Below, piece after piece: positions 8,237 through 17,693 of a stretch of DNA of 28,521 bases (positions are counted from its first letter, which is position 1; each line of letters begins with the position of its first letter). Both the position numbers and the translations under genes were made by a program. The notes beneath the pieces were generated by a model. The model saw only the letters and a list, made by a program, of their open reading frames with translations. It did not search any database and had not been told where the DNA came from. This DNA comes from Nitrospirota bacterium (GTDB taxonomy: Bacteria; Nitrospirota; UBA9217). The stretch is from the NCBI GenBank assembly GCA_029858565.1, contig JAOUEV010000047.1:1-28521 (forward strand), in the 5' to 3' direction.

Positions 8237-9085
8237 ATGGAAGTCATTCTTGCAGATAAAGCAGGTTTCTGTTTCGGCGTCCAGCGGGCCATCAATACGG
8301 CCTTCAAGGCTGCTGGTGAAGGGAACGTATACTGCTACGGCCCGCTCATCCACAATCCCCAGGAAGTGGAGCGGTTACGCCAAGCCGGGATCGATACGGT
8401 CGCTGATTTTACCCAGCTCAAGCAGGGAAGTTCGCTCATTATCCGGTCCCATGGCGTGCCTCCGGCTGTGCTTGAGAAGGCGCGTGCTCAGGGATTGAAC
8501 ATCATTGATCTCACTTGTCCGTTCGTTGCCAAGGCGCAGCAGCACGCAGACACGCTGAATCGTGAAGGCTACCAGGTGATCCTTGTGGGTGAGAAGCAGC
8601 ATCCGGAGGTGCAAAGCATTCTCGGGTACGCGGGGCAGAGTGCGATTGTTGTGGAACTGCCCGGAGATCTTGATGGCCTAAGTCTTTCAGGGAAAATTGG
8701 TGTTGTTGCCCAGACCACGCAATCCTATGGAAATTTTTCAGAAATCGTGCTAAGATTACTCCGTCTTTCCAAGGAGTTAAAGGTTTTTAATACGATCTGC
8801 AGCTCGACCAAGGAACGTCAGGACGCCGCCCGCGTTCTGGCATCCCGTGTTGATGTCATGATCGTGGTGGGTGGCAGGAACAGCGCGAACACGAGCAGGC
8901 TTGTCTCACTCTGCCGGGAAGCCGGGAAGCCGACCTACCATATTGAGGTTGTGGACGAGATCCGCCCGGAGTGGCTGGAGGGAGCGACCCGGGTAGGTGT
9001 CACCGCCGGAGCGTCCACGCCCGGCTGGATCATTGAAGCGGTGGTGAAATGGCTTCACGCCGGCGGGAAAAAGCCGGTTACTTGA
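8237..9085 (+). CDS. ispH: 4-hydroxy-3-methylbut-2-enyl diphosphate reductase
   Basis: AGFCFGV.RA, LIHN, SHG, TCPFV, QTT, TIC..T.ERQ, SANT.RL, TAGASTP. Confidence 0.97.
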   Translation: MEVILADKAGFCFGVQRAINTAFKAAGEGNVYCYGPLIHNPQEVERLRQAGIDTVADFTQLKQGSSLIIRSHGVPPAVLEKARAQGLNIIDLTCPFVAKAQQHADTLNREGYQVILVGEKQHPEVQSILGYAGQSAIVVELPGDLDGLSLSGKIGVVAQTTQSYGNFSEIVLRLLRLSKELKVFNTICSSTKERQDAARVLASRVDVMIVVGGRNSANTSRLVSLCREAGKPTYHIEVVDEIRPEWLEGATRVGVTAGASTPGWIIEAVVKWLHAGGKKPVT

Positions 9086-9098
9086 CAAGGGATTCGGG

Positions 9099-10817
9099 AT
9101 GCAAGGAGGTCACAGCAGTCTCATGATTACGAGCGGTGATGATATCGAATACGAGGATAACACCTCTGACCACGAAGAAGGAAGTGAGTTCGAACGGCTG
9201 TACAACCAGTCGCTCAGGAGCTTTCAGAAGGGATCCCTTGTCAAAGGCAGGGTGCTCCGTGTTCAGTCCACCGCGGTGATACTGGATCTCGGGTATAAAT
9301 CGGATGGCATCATTCCTGTTGAACAGTTCACTTCCGACGAACTGGCATCGCTGAAGCCCGGTGATGAGCTTGAAGTGTATCTGGAGGATGCTGAGGACGC
9401 GCGGGGAAACCTTGTGCTCTCCCGCGAAAAGGCAAGAAAGCTTCAGGCCTGGGACGATCTGAACCTGGCCTACCAGAACGGGACCGTGATCAAGGGAAAG
9501 GTGACGTCCAAGATCAAGGGCGGGCTTACCGTCGATATCGGGGTGCCGGCGTTCCTGCCCGGGTCCCAGATCGACGTGCGGCCGGTGCGCAACCTCGACA
9601 GCTATGTCGGTCAGGTCCTGGATATGCAGATCATCAAGATGAACTCCGGCCGAGGGAACATTGTCATGTCCCGCAGGGCCCTCGTGGAAACAGAGCAGAA
9701 GGCTCGGAGAGAACGGCTGCTCGATGGGCTTGCAGAAGGCAGCATCGTGTCAGGGACCGTGAAGAACGTGGCCGATTACGGCGTCTTTGTTGATCTCGGC
9801 GGCATCGACGGATTGATCCATGTGACCGACATGTCCTGGGGAAGGATCGGCCATCCATCATCGGTATTAAAACCCGGGGACCCTGTGGAAGCCGTGGTCC
9901 TGAAGTTCGACCGGGAAAAGCAGAAGGTTTCCCTGGGGCTCAAGCAGAGGACGCCGGACCCCTGGGCAACCACAGCGGAACGATATCCCGCGGGTACCAG
10001 GCTGCGCGGCACGGTCACGAGCCTTGCCGAGTACGGGGCCTTCGTGGAGATCGAACATGGCGTCGAAGGGTTGATCCACGTCTCGGAGATGTCCTGGACC
10101 CAGAAGGTCAAGCATCCCTCAAAGATCATGAATGTCGGGGACACCGTGGAGGCGCAGGTACTAGCTGTCGACCCGAAGGCAAAGCGCATCTCTCTGGGAA
10201 TGAAACAGGTCATGGCGAATCCCTGGGATTCGATCTCGCAGAAATATCCTGTCGGTGCCATTGTCGAAGGGAACGTGCGCACGCTCACCGATTTCGGCGC
10301 TTTTGTCGGAATCGAGGAGGGAATCGACGGACTGCTCCATATCTCCGACATGTCCTGGCTGGTGCATGTGAAGCATCCGTCCGAGATGCTCAAGAAGGGC
10401 CAATCGGTCAAGGCCGTTGTGCTGAGCATAGATTCGCAGCGGCACCGCATCTCGCTCGGGCTGAAGCAACTGAGCCCGGATCCCTGGGAGCAGATCATTC
10501 CCGGCCGTTACAAGGTAGGACGGGACGAGACCGTGAAGGTCGTTAAAAAAGCGGATTTCGGACTGTTCGTTGCGCTGGAGCATGATATCGAAGGACTGAT
10601 CCCCTCCTCGGAACTGCTCCGCGACGCTCCGGATATCAAGGAAGGCGATGAAGTGACCGCACGCGTTATCAAGGTGGACCGGAGCGAACGCAAGGTTGCC
10701 CTTTCCATCAAGGCGCACGTCAAGGGCCAGGATAAGGAAAGCCTCCAGGAGTTCATGAAACAGCAGGAAAAGATCGATACGTCCATAGGCGCTCTGCTCA
10801 AAGAGCGGGGGAACTGA
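9099..10817 (+). CDS. rpsA: 30S ribosomal protein S1
   Basis: Tandem S1 domains (AFLPGSQID, YGVFVDLGGIDGLIHVTDMSW, GVEGLIHVSEMSW, SLGLKQ..DPW); start could alternatively be ATG 9123. Confidence 0.96.
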   Translation: MQGGHSSLMITSGDDIEYEDNTSDHEEGSEFERLYNQSLRSFQKGSLVKGRVLRVQSTAVILDLGYKSDGIIPVEQFTSDELASLKPGDELEVYLEDAEDARGNLVLSREKARKLQAWDDLNLAYQNGTVIKGKVTSKIKGGLTVDIGVPAFLPGSQIDVRPVRNLDSYVGQVLDMQIIKMNSGRGNIVMSRRALVETEQKARRERLLDGLAEGSIVSGTVKNVADYGVFVDLGGIDGLIHVTDMSWGRIGHPSSVLKPGDPVEAVVLKFDREKQKVSLGLKQRTPDPWATTAERYPAGTRLRGTVTSLAEYGAFVEIEHGVEGLIHVSEMSWTQKVKHPSKIMNVGDTVEAQVLAVDPKAKRISLGMKQVMANPWDSISQKYPVGAIVEGNVRTLTDFGAFVGIEEGIDGLLHISDMSWLVHVKHPSEMLKKGQSVKAVVLSIDSQRHRISLGLKQLSPDPWEQIIPGRYKVGRDETVKVVKKADFGLFVALEHDIEGLIPSSELLRDAPDIKEGDEVTARVIKVDRSERKVALSIKAHVKGQDKESLQEFMKQQEKIDTSIGALLKERGN

Positions 10818-10823
10818 CGGGGC

Positions 10824-11729
10824 ATGAAGAACAAACCCGTAGTCGTCATTGTGTTCACTGCGCTTGGGCTGAGCGTTCTGCTCTTCGTGGTCCTTTTTAT
10901 CGCCACGATGCTGACCGGGGGCAAGACGTCACGACGTCTTGCACCGCTCCCGGGGAGCAATCGTGTGGCGCTGGTCAAGGTAGAAGGAATGCTGGTCACT
11001 TCGGAGCAGGTTGTCGAGGAGATCTCGGAATACAGCGAGGATTCCTCCATTAAAGCCATCATTGTCCGGGTCGATAGCCCGGGCGGAGGGGTGGTCGCTT
11101 CCCAGGAGATTTACAATGCCCTGCTGAATGCCCGCAAGGAAGGGAAGAAGGTCGTCATTTCCATGGGATCAGTGGCCGCCTCGGGCGGATATTATATCGC
11201 TGCGGCAGCCGACAAGATCGTCGCGAATCCCGGGACCCTCACGGGCAGCATCGGCGTGAAGATGGAATTCGCGAACATGGAAAAGCTCCTGGAAAAGATC
11301 GGCGTCAAGGGAATGGTGATCAAGGCAGGAGAATACAAGGATGTCGGTTCGCCGTTCCGCGACATGACGGAGTACGAGAAGAAACTGCTCCAGTGGGTGA
11401 TCGATGATGTACATGCCCAATTCATAGAAGCGGTCGCGAAAGGGAGAAATCTCCCGGAAGCGGACGTCCGCGCGATCGCCGACGGCAGGATCTTCACGGG
11501 CCGCCAGGCGCTGCAACTGAAGCTGGTGGACCACCTGGGAGATCTGGACGAGACGATACGGGTGGCGGCGGAGCTTGCCGGTATCAAAGGCAAGCCGAAC
11601 GTCGTCCACCGTGAGAAGAAAATGCAGTTCCTGGAATATCTGAAGGAAGAAACGGCATCGTGGTTCTCCGAGTTCCTGGCACGCAGTCTCGGAAGGACCA
11701 TGGTGAAGCTGGAATACCTCTATCAGTAA
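10824..11729 (+). CDS. sppA: Signal peptide peptidase SppA (36K type)
   Basis: N-terminal TM helix, VRVDSPGG, AASGGYYIA, TGSIGV, G.YKD, DGRIFTG.QA. Confidence 0.94.
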   Translation: MKNKPVVVIVFTALGLSVLLFVVLFIATMLTGGKTSRRLAPLPGSNRVALVKVEGMLVTSEQVVEEISEYSEDSSIKAIIVRVDSPGGGVVASQEIYNALLNARKEGKKVVISMGSVAASGGYYIAAAADKIVANPGTLTGSIGVKMEFANMEKLLEKIGVKGMVIKAGEYKDVGSPFRDMTEYEKKLLQWVIDDVHAQFIEAVAKGRNLPEADVRAIADGRIFTGRQALQLKLVDHLGDLDETIRVAAELAGIKGKPNVVHREKKMQFLEYLKEETASWFSEFLARSLGRTMVKLEYLYQ

Positions 11730-11751
11730 TGATATGCGAGGAGGGGGATGC

Positions 11752-12036
11752 ATGACGAAGGCGGAATTGATCGACAAGATATCTGAGAAAAGGCCCGGGC
11801 TCACGCGAAAACAGGTCGAGGTCGTCGTGAACAGCGTTCTCGACAGTATCAAGGATGCCTTGGCCAAGGAAGACAAGGTCGAGATTCGCGGGTTCGGTAG
11901 CTTCAGGATCCGCCATCGGCGAGCAAAGGAAGGCCGGAATCCCAAGACCGGCGAGACCGTGTCGGTCCCTCCGAAAAAAGTGCCTTTTTTCAAGGCCGGG
12001 AAAGAAATGCGTGAAATGGTGGATGGGAAACTATAG
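11752..12036 (+). CDS. ihfB: Integration host factor beta subunit (HU/IHF family)
   Basis: MTKAELI, VEIRGFGSF, GRNPKTGE, PFFKAGKE; GAGGAGG RBS; position after rpsA-sppA. Confidence 0.92.
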   Translation: MTKAELIDKISEKRPGLTRKQVEVVVNSVLDSIKDALAKEDKVEIRGFGSFRIRHRRAKEGRNPKTGETVSVPPKKVPFFKAGKEMREMVDGKL

Positions 12037-12056
12037 CCGCTCGTTTTCCGTCGCGG

Positions 12057-12716
12057 TTATTCGATCCGTATTATGCCTTTCTGGATCGCGAACTTGATCA
12101 ATCCCGCCCGCGAGTGGATATTCAGTTTTTCGGTGATATTGGTCTGGTGTGCGATCACGGTCTTTACGCTGATTCCGAGAATATCAGCCGCTTCCTTGTG
12201 TGTGTTCCCTTCTGCAATGAGCTTCAGGACCTGCTTCTCCCGGTCCGTGAGCATATCGTACGGGTCCTCCCGCGGTTCCCCCTTCGACAGACCCAGATAA
12301 CCATCCACAACACCTGAGGTGATAGATGGATGGACATAGATCTTACCCTCGCGAACGGCCCGTATTGCCGTAAGGAGGTCCTCACCAACCGCTTTTTTCA
12401 GCAGATAACCTGATGCTCCCGCCTTGAAGAACCGCCTGATATATACCGTATCTTCGTACTGCGTCAGGACCAGGACCTTCACGTTCGGCAGTATCTTTTT
12501 CAGTTCGATGGTCGCTTCGAGGCCACCCAGACCGGGCATGGAAATGTCCATGAGAACAATGTCCGGGCGAGTCTTCCTGGCCGCTTCGATCGCTTGAGCG
12601 CCATCGGCTGCCTCTCCTACGACCTCGCACTCGTCGGACATTTTCAAGAAAGAAGCGATCCCCTGACGTACCATCGCATGGTCATCAGCGATCAATACCT
12701 TTGTTTTGAGTCCCAT
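12057..12716 (-). CDS. NarL/LuxR-family DNA-binding response regulator
   Basis: Receiver IADDHAMVR..MDISMP..GASGYLLK; LuxR HTH LTDREKQVLKLIAEG...LGISVKTV. Confidence 0.95.
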   Translation of the reverse strand: MGLKTKVLIADDHAMVRQGIASFLKMSDECEVVGEAADGAQAIEAARKTRPDIVLMDISMPGLGGLEATIELKKILPNVKVLVLTQYEDTVYIRRFFKAGASGYLLKKAVGEDLLTAIRAVREGKIYVHPSITSGVVDGYLGLSKGEPREDPYDMLTDREKQVLKLIAEGNTHKEAADILGISVKTVIAHQTNITEKLNIHSRAGLIKFAIQKGIIRIE

Positions 12717-12717
12717 A

Positions 12718-14529
12718 TCATTCCTCCGGCCGAAGGGGAACGGTGCACAGGACTGTTGTCCCTCCGCCCTGCTTCGAGCATACTTTCAAAGTGCCATTTA
12801 CCTGCGTCGCGCGTTCCTTCATGCCCATGATCCCCAGCCCGCGTCCGGTCATGGTATTCTCGAAAACCGACTCGGTCTCGAATCCCTTCCCGTCATCCTC
12901 GATGCTCATGAAGAAGGAATGGTCGTCGTTCTTTATGTGGATCTGCACGTGTTCTGCGCCGGCATGACGCCCGATATTCGTCGTTGCTTCCTGAAATATC
13001 CTGAAAAGAGTCAGTTGGATCTCCGGAGGAATCCGGTCCTCGACCAGTTCCTGCATGTTAACATGGCAGTGAAGGCCTTTCTCCCTCAAATTGCGGTCGA
13101 TGAGCCAGACGATACCTGCCTCGAAACCGAGGTCGTCGAGAACCGTCGGCCGCAGGTTCTGGATCACCTTGGTCATTTCATTGATGACGACGGTAACGGT
13201 TTGTTTCATCACCGAAACCTTTTCCGGCGTGATCAGGTCGGGATGCAATCGGCACATCTCGATGTTCATGAGAAGCGCGGATAATGTTTGCAGCGAATCG
13301 TCGTGCAGCTCCCGGGCGATGCGCTTGCGTTCGTCCTCCTGCGAGGTGATCAGCTTGCGCAGAAGTGAAGTGTTGACCCTTTGCTTTTCCTCGAGCTGGC
13401 GGGTCCTGTCCCTGACCCGCTGCTCCAGCTCCATGTTGTACTGCTGGATGCTCTTCAGGGAGGCGTCCAGCTTCGTGCGCATGTCGTCGAATTGCTCCGC
13501 AAGCGTCCTGATCTCGTCGGCGCTTTCGATCTTGACCGGAACGGACAGGTCCCCCCGGGCAATCCGCTCTGTGGCGCGGATGAGCTGCTGGACGGGTTTG
13601 ACAATGCTCTTACTCATTCCCAAGGCAAGGATGAACGAGGTTGCGAGCGCGATCACTGCCAGCACGACAAATCCTCGCTGCAGCGACGTTGAGGGAGCGT
13701 AAACCTGGTCACGGGGAACGCGGATAGCGACGCCCCATGGAGCGAGGTCGAGCGGAGAGAAGATCAGGATGTCTTCAGTACGCCGCTGATATCCTGATGC
13801 GTCTGCCAGATGGCACCGGTGGCACGCAGCCACGGTGCTTTGCTTTGAGTCGATGAGCTTGCTCAGGAACTTGTTGTGGTCGATCCCGCTGAGGATGCTG
13901 CTGGGATGGTTCGAGGCGATGACAATGCCCATGTTGTCGACGAGTTCGATGTTGGTCCGCTTTTCCAGCACAAGGGAGGTGAGGATCCTGGTGAAATGGT
14001 AGCTCGTGGGGTCGATAAGACCTCCGGCGGTCCCGACGACATCCCCGCTTTTATTCCGCAGGGGAACAAGAGCGAAAATGACCTTGCGCCGCGAGGGCTC
14101 CATAGTGAAGACGCTGGAGATGACCGGCCGCATCTCCGATATCACCCGGCTGACCGGCGGGACGCCCAGCAGGTTGATCGCCTCTCCCTCTCGGCTGGGA
14201 TAGGATATCAGGACATTCCCGAGCTTGTCCAGAAGAAAGATCCCGTCGGAAAAGATGGAATAGTGATAGGCGGCTTGCAGTGCCTGCTCTTCCGGGGTCC
14301 AGTTCCCGTCACGCAGGTCGATCTTATCCGCCAGTGAAATATCGTAAAGCCTCGTAAGATTTTCCTCAAGAACATGGTCGATCATGGTCGCGATAATGCC
14401 TGCTTCCCCGCGACGGTCCTCGTAGGAGCGTTCGATGGTGTCCTGGATGTGGTAGTAGCTGATAAAACCGAGGCTGAGAAGGATAATGAGGACGCTGAGA
14501 AGGATAGAGATGATGATTCTTCTTTGCAT
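12718..14529 (-). CDS. Membrane sensor histidine kinase (Cache-like sensor containing CxxCH, HAMP, HisKA_3, HATPase)
   Basis: Two TM segments; CHRCH between them; HAMP (KPVQQL..IARGDL..DEI..LA..F..M); QEDERKRIARELHD; QEATTN..RHA, DDGKGF, GLGI.GM.ER. Confidence 0.93.
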   Translation of the reverse strand: MQRRIIISILLSVLIILLSLGFISYYHIQDTIERSYEDRRGEAGIIATMIDHVLEENLTRLYDISLADKIDLRDGNWTPEEQALQAAYHYSIFSDGIFLLDKLGNVLISYPSREGEAINLLGVPPVSRVISEMRPVISSVFTMEPSRRKVIFALVPLRNKSGDVVGTAGGLIDPTSYHFTRILTSLVLEKRTNIELVDNMGIVIASNHPSSILSGIDHNKFLSKLIDSKQSTVAACHRCHLADASGYQRRTEDILIFSPLDLAPWGVAIRVPRDQVYAPSTSLQRGFVVLAVIALATSFILALGMSKSIVKPVQQLIRATERIARGDLSVPVKIESADEIRTLAEQFDDMRTKLDASLKSIQQYNMELEQRVRDRTRQLEEKQRVNTSLLRKLITSQEDERKRIARELHDDSLQTLSALLMNIEMCRLHPDLITPEKVSVMKQTVTVVINEMTKVIQNLRPTVLDDLGFEAGIVWLIDRNLREKGLHCHVNMQELVEDRIPPEIQLTLFRIFQEATTNIGRHAGAEHVQIHIKNDDHSFFMSIEDDGKGFETESVFENTMTGRGLGIMGMKERATQVNGTLKVCSKQGGGTTVLCTVPLRPEE

Positions 14530-14574
14530 AGGTCAGGGAGAGTCCGTTCTGCCCCGGCATGGGCTGTTACAGAT

Positions 14575-14603
14575 GCAATAGCATAACTCCGCAGGCCCGT
14601 CAA
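14575..14603 (-). promoter_or_regulatory. Possible internal promoter for the kinase/regulator pair
   Basis: Minus strand TTGACG-N17-TATTGC with a preceding TG; imperfect -10. Confidence 0.3.
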
Positions 14604-14673
14604 GGTGGAAAATACGTGCGTGCTCCCGCGGTCCCGCAGAGTCAGTCCCCGGTCGGAACAGTGCTGCGAAGGA

Positions 14674-15414
14674 TCAGTGCCCGCCGCTTTCTCCAGAGGC
14701 CGAGTGGCCATGACCGTTATGCTTGATGAGTTCCTCGACCGGGACGTTCTCGATGCGGGCCAGCTCCACGGGATGCTCGTGGATCATGCGCTCCCGGGAT
14801 ATCTTTCCGGTAAAGATCGCGGTGTCGAGCGGAAATACCTCGGGGCTGAATACCGAATTGTAGATGTGCCAGGTGACGATCACGAGGAAGGCAAGGAGCG
14901 CTTCATTCGAATGTGCGGCTTTGGCCGCCGGGATGAATTCGCCGGGGAGCACGCGGGCGACATCCACCGGGAACCAGAGGATGAGCCCGGTCGATATCAT
15001 CAGGAAGCCTCCCGCAATGACCCCCCAGTATTCGAACTTCTGCTTGTAGTCGTAGCGGTCGCACAGGGCGGGATGTGAATTGATCCCGAAATAATATTTC
15101 ATGTTCTCGATGGCGTTACGGAAATCATTGATGTTGATCATCATAGCTGCCGGCCAGCGCTTGATGATCACGCCATAGATGCCGGTGACGATATGAACCA
15201 GGATCAGGCAGGCGAACAGGAGACCTGAATAACGATGCACGACTCGCATGGTATCGACACCCCCGAGCGTCAGGGTAATCCAGTGTGACACCCGATACTC
15301 GTGAAAGCGCTGCGCGAGGCCGGTGATGACCAAGAGGGTGAAGACGATGGCATTCGCCTGGTGCTCGAGAATGCGACCAAATCCGAATCGTTTTATTAAG
15401 GCATGGGCTGTCAT
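14674..15414 (-). CDS. Di-heme cytochrome b membrane subunit (FdnI/HyaC/CbcB-like)
   Basis: Four hydrophobic helices with histidines (ILEH, VVHR, AAHSNEA.LA, TWHIY); RYDYKQKFEYW motif; AAGGAGG RBS. Confidence 0.88.
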   Translation of the reverse strand: MTAHALIKRFGFGRILEHQANAIVFTLLVITGLAQRFHEYRVSHWITLTLGGVDTMRVVHRYSGLLFACLILVHIVTGIYGVIIKRWPAAMMININDFRNAIENMKYYFGINSHPALCDRYDYKQKFEYWGVIAGGFLMISTGLILWFPVDVARVLPGEFIPAAKAAHSNEALLAFLVIVTWHIYNSVFSPEVFPLDTAIFTGKISRERMIHEHPVELARIENVPVEELIKHNGHGHSASGESGGH

Positions 15415-15453
15415 TCTACACTCCCTCCTTCGTCTCGATTAGCTGTACGGATC

Positions 15454-16893
15454 TCAGCGGTTCACCGCGTAGCGCCACACATGGAGCAGGATCTGCAGGA
15501 TCAGACCGACCAGCATAAAGGGGATGAACAGCTTGTAGGTCAGGTTGATCAGGAAGACCAGCGGCGCGTTGGTAAGGCTCGGTTCATAATGGGACAGCCA
15601 CGCGTCCGGGAACGATCCGGCGGCTCCGGCATGGCATTTTTCACAGCGTTTGACCAGCCGGGACTTTACCATGTTGGTCGCGGGGCCCGAGGTCTTTGTG
15701 ATGTCATGGATCCCGTGGCAGTCAATACAGGTCGCGATGGATTTCCGGGAACTTTCCGGTGAGGCGTCCTTCTGCTTCCTGTAGAACTTCAGGGTGATCC
15801 CATGGAAGTCGGAGAGATAGGAGTTCACCACTCCAGCGTAGAGCCCGTATTTCTTCATAAGCACGGCGTCGCCGTGGCAGCGTCCGCAAATTTCAGGAAC
15901 CTTTTCCCGGTAATCCTGGGTGTGGGCCCCCTGTATCGTGTGGGCCGTGTGGCAGTCGGCGCAGATGGGGACATCAAGATTATGCTCCTGCAGGAGCGCA
16001 TTGCCGTGGACGCTCCGGGTGTATGTCCCAAAGATGTCCTGATGGCACCGGCCACAGCGCTGAGAACTCTTCACTTTGTCCGCGCGCGCCTGCGCGACAG
16101 AATGTGCACCATGACAATCGGTACAGACCGGCGCATTGAGATTGCCCTGGCTGAGCACTGAATAGTGGATGCTTTCGAGGGTCTTCGTGTACTTGTCGAA
16201 ATGGCAGCGCCTGCACGCCTCCGCCTGGGCTATGGAAAAATCACGGGGTGAATTGAAGTTGCGCTTGGGGTGCTGGGTACCGGAGAACCCGAAGTGACAG
16301 TCAAAACAGGCAAGCTTCGCATGGACCGATCCATCCAGTGCGGCCGAGTCCACCTTAAGGGATACCGATTCCCCGTTCCGGAGCTTGATCCCCATAGAGT
16401 GCCGGTGGCAGCCGAGGCAGTAGTCCTTTTCGTTCGAGTGCTTCTTGCCGGCGGTGATCGCGGTGATCTCATGGGGATTGTGGCAGCCGGAGCAGACCGG
16501 CGCCTTGTTCCCGCTCTTGAGGAGCGATGCGTGCACGGGAACCTTGCTGATCATTTCATCGGGATGGCATTGATGACAGACCTGGGAGGCTTTCAGCGCA
16601 TAGAGCTCTCTGCTCTTGAACTTCCGCTCGGGATGGTCCTTGGCCGAGAATTCCCCGTGACAGGCGGTGCAGCTGAGCGAACCGTGCATGGACGCCTGAT
16701 ATTTGTTCCGGTCGACATACGCCTCAAGCGTCTCTCCGTTCTGCAGGGCGTAGTTCACGCCTTTCTGCCCGTGGCAGCCAAGGCACTCGATCGCCTCCGC
16801 GGGAAGGTTCGGTTCCGCGGCTGCGGCGATACCGGAGAGCAGGATAAGGGCGAGCAGGCAAATTCCGAGAAAGGACGTTTCCCGATGTCCCAT
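15454..16893 (-). CDS. Membrane-anchored multiheme cytochrome c (13 CxxCH)
   Basis: Start at ATG 16893 (AAGGAGG RBS); signal peptide; CLGCH, CTACH, CHQCH, CSGCH, CLGCH, CFDCH, CRRCH, CTDCH, CGRCH, CADCH, CGRCH, CIDCH, CEKCH; C-terminal TM helix. Confidence 0.93.
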   Translation of the reverse strand: MGHRETSFLGICLLALILLSGIAAAAEPNLPAEAIECLGCHGQKGVNYALQNGETLEAYVDRNKYQASMHGSLSCTACHGEFSAKDHPERKFKSRELYALKASQVCHQCHPDEMISKVPVHASLLKSGNKAPVCSGCHNPHEITAITAGKKHSNEKDYCLGCHRHSMGIKLRNGESVSLKVDSAALDGSVHAKLACFDCHFGFSGTQHPKRNFNSPRDFSIAQAEACRRCHFDKYTKTLESIHYSVLSQGNLNAPVCTDCHGAHSVAQARADKVKSSQRCGRCHQDIFGTYTRSVHGNALLQEHNLDVPICADCHTAHTIQGAHTQDYREKVPEICGRCHGDAVLMKKYGLYAGVVNSYLSDFHGITLKFYRKQKDASPESSRKSIATCIDCHGIHDITKTSGPATNMVKSRLVKRCEKCHAGAAGSFPDAWLSHYEPSLTNAPLVFLINLTYKLFIPFMLVGLILQILLHVWRYAVNR

Positions 16894-16978
16894 CGTGATC
16901 CTCCTTTGTTCCGTTGAAAGGCGCTGTGTGATCATGGCTGCGAACCGATGTGGCGGCGTGTCTCCATACTTGGTCCGA

Positions 16979-17045
16979 ATTCTAGCAAACTTGATCTCCC
17001 AGGGGAATAGGCATTTCTTCTTAGTTCGATAAGTATATGTTCCTA
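16979..17045 (-). promoter_or_regulatory. Promoter of the cytochrome genes with two tandem palindromic operator boxes
   Basis: Minus-strand extended -10 TGC-TAGAAT (16987-16979); boxes TAGG-N8-CTTA (17008-17023) and TAAG-N8-CCTA (17030-17045), 22 bp apart. Confidence 0.55.
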
Positions 17046-17120
17046 GCGTTTATCAAAAAGCTGTTCTCGGCCCTTGCCGCTTCCTGCGGCAAGCTATGGG
17101 ATCAGCCCTCACAGCCGGTT

Positions 17121-17678
17121 TCACGGGACAGCCGGGTGGCCGTCCTGTTCGCGGGGGATCATGCTTTCGGCCATGCGGACCAGTTCCGTCGGAGCAGAAC
17201 GGATGATGAGAGCCATGGCAAAAGGACCTTCATCCCAGCTGAACTTGCTGCACTGTTTATCATCTTCACATACACCGACCTCAAGGAGCGCCTTTCGTCC
17301 TTTGAAGGGATAGGTCACTTTCTCCCGCACCGAGGCCATCAGGATGCGCGCTGCGAGCGGCCGGCGGGACAGCGCTGTCTGGGTTATGGTGAGGTAGACG
17401 CCCTCGCGCCCCTTGCCGGAAAACTCGGTTATTACCGCGGGATAGGGATGGGTCTGTGCGCCGATCAGGGTCGGCGGCCAGGTGACGCTCTGCGGATAGA
17501 ATGCCGGCAGATATATCTGGCCGATCTTGGTGTGAGATCGGGCCTCCTCAGGGGTCTCAAAACGTCGGAATGAACCTGTATCGAACGCTTCGGGGATCCA
17601 GCTGAGCAGCCTGAGCGCTCCGAGCAGGATGGCGGCCATGATCAGAAAAACAACAATCCCTTTCAGCTGGTTACGCAC
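17121..17678 (-). CDS. Hypothetical membrane-anchored protein
   Basis: GTG start with GAGGTG RBS; N-terminal TM helix; Cys pair CEDDKQC; begins 15 bp after the M56 peptidase stop. Confidence 0.75.
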   Translation of the reverse strand: MRNQLKGIVVFLIMAAILLGALRLLSWIPEAFDTGSFRRFETPEEARSHTKIGQIYLPAFYPQSVTWPPTLIGAQTHPYPAVITEFSGKGREGVYLTITQTALSRRPLAARILMASVREKVTYPFKGRKALLEVGVCEDDKQCSKFSWDEGPFAMALIIRSAPTELVRMAESMIPREQDGHPAVP

Positions 17679-17693
17679 GTGACCACCTCGTGA

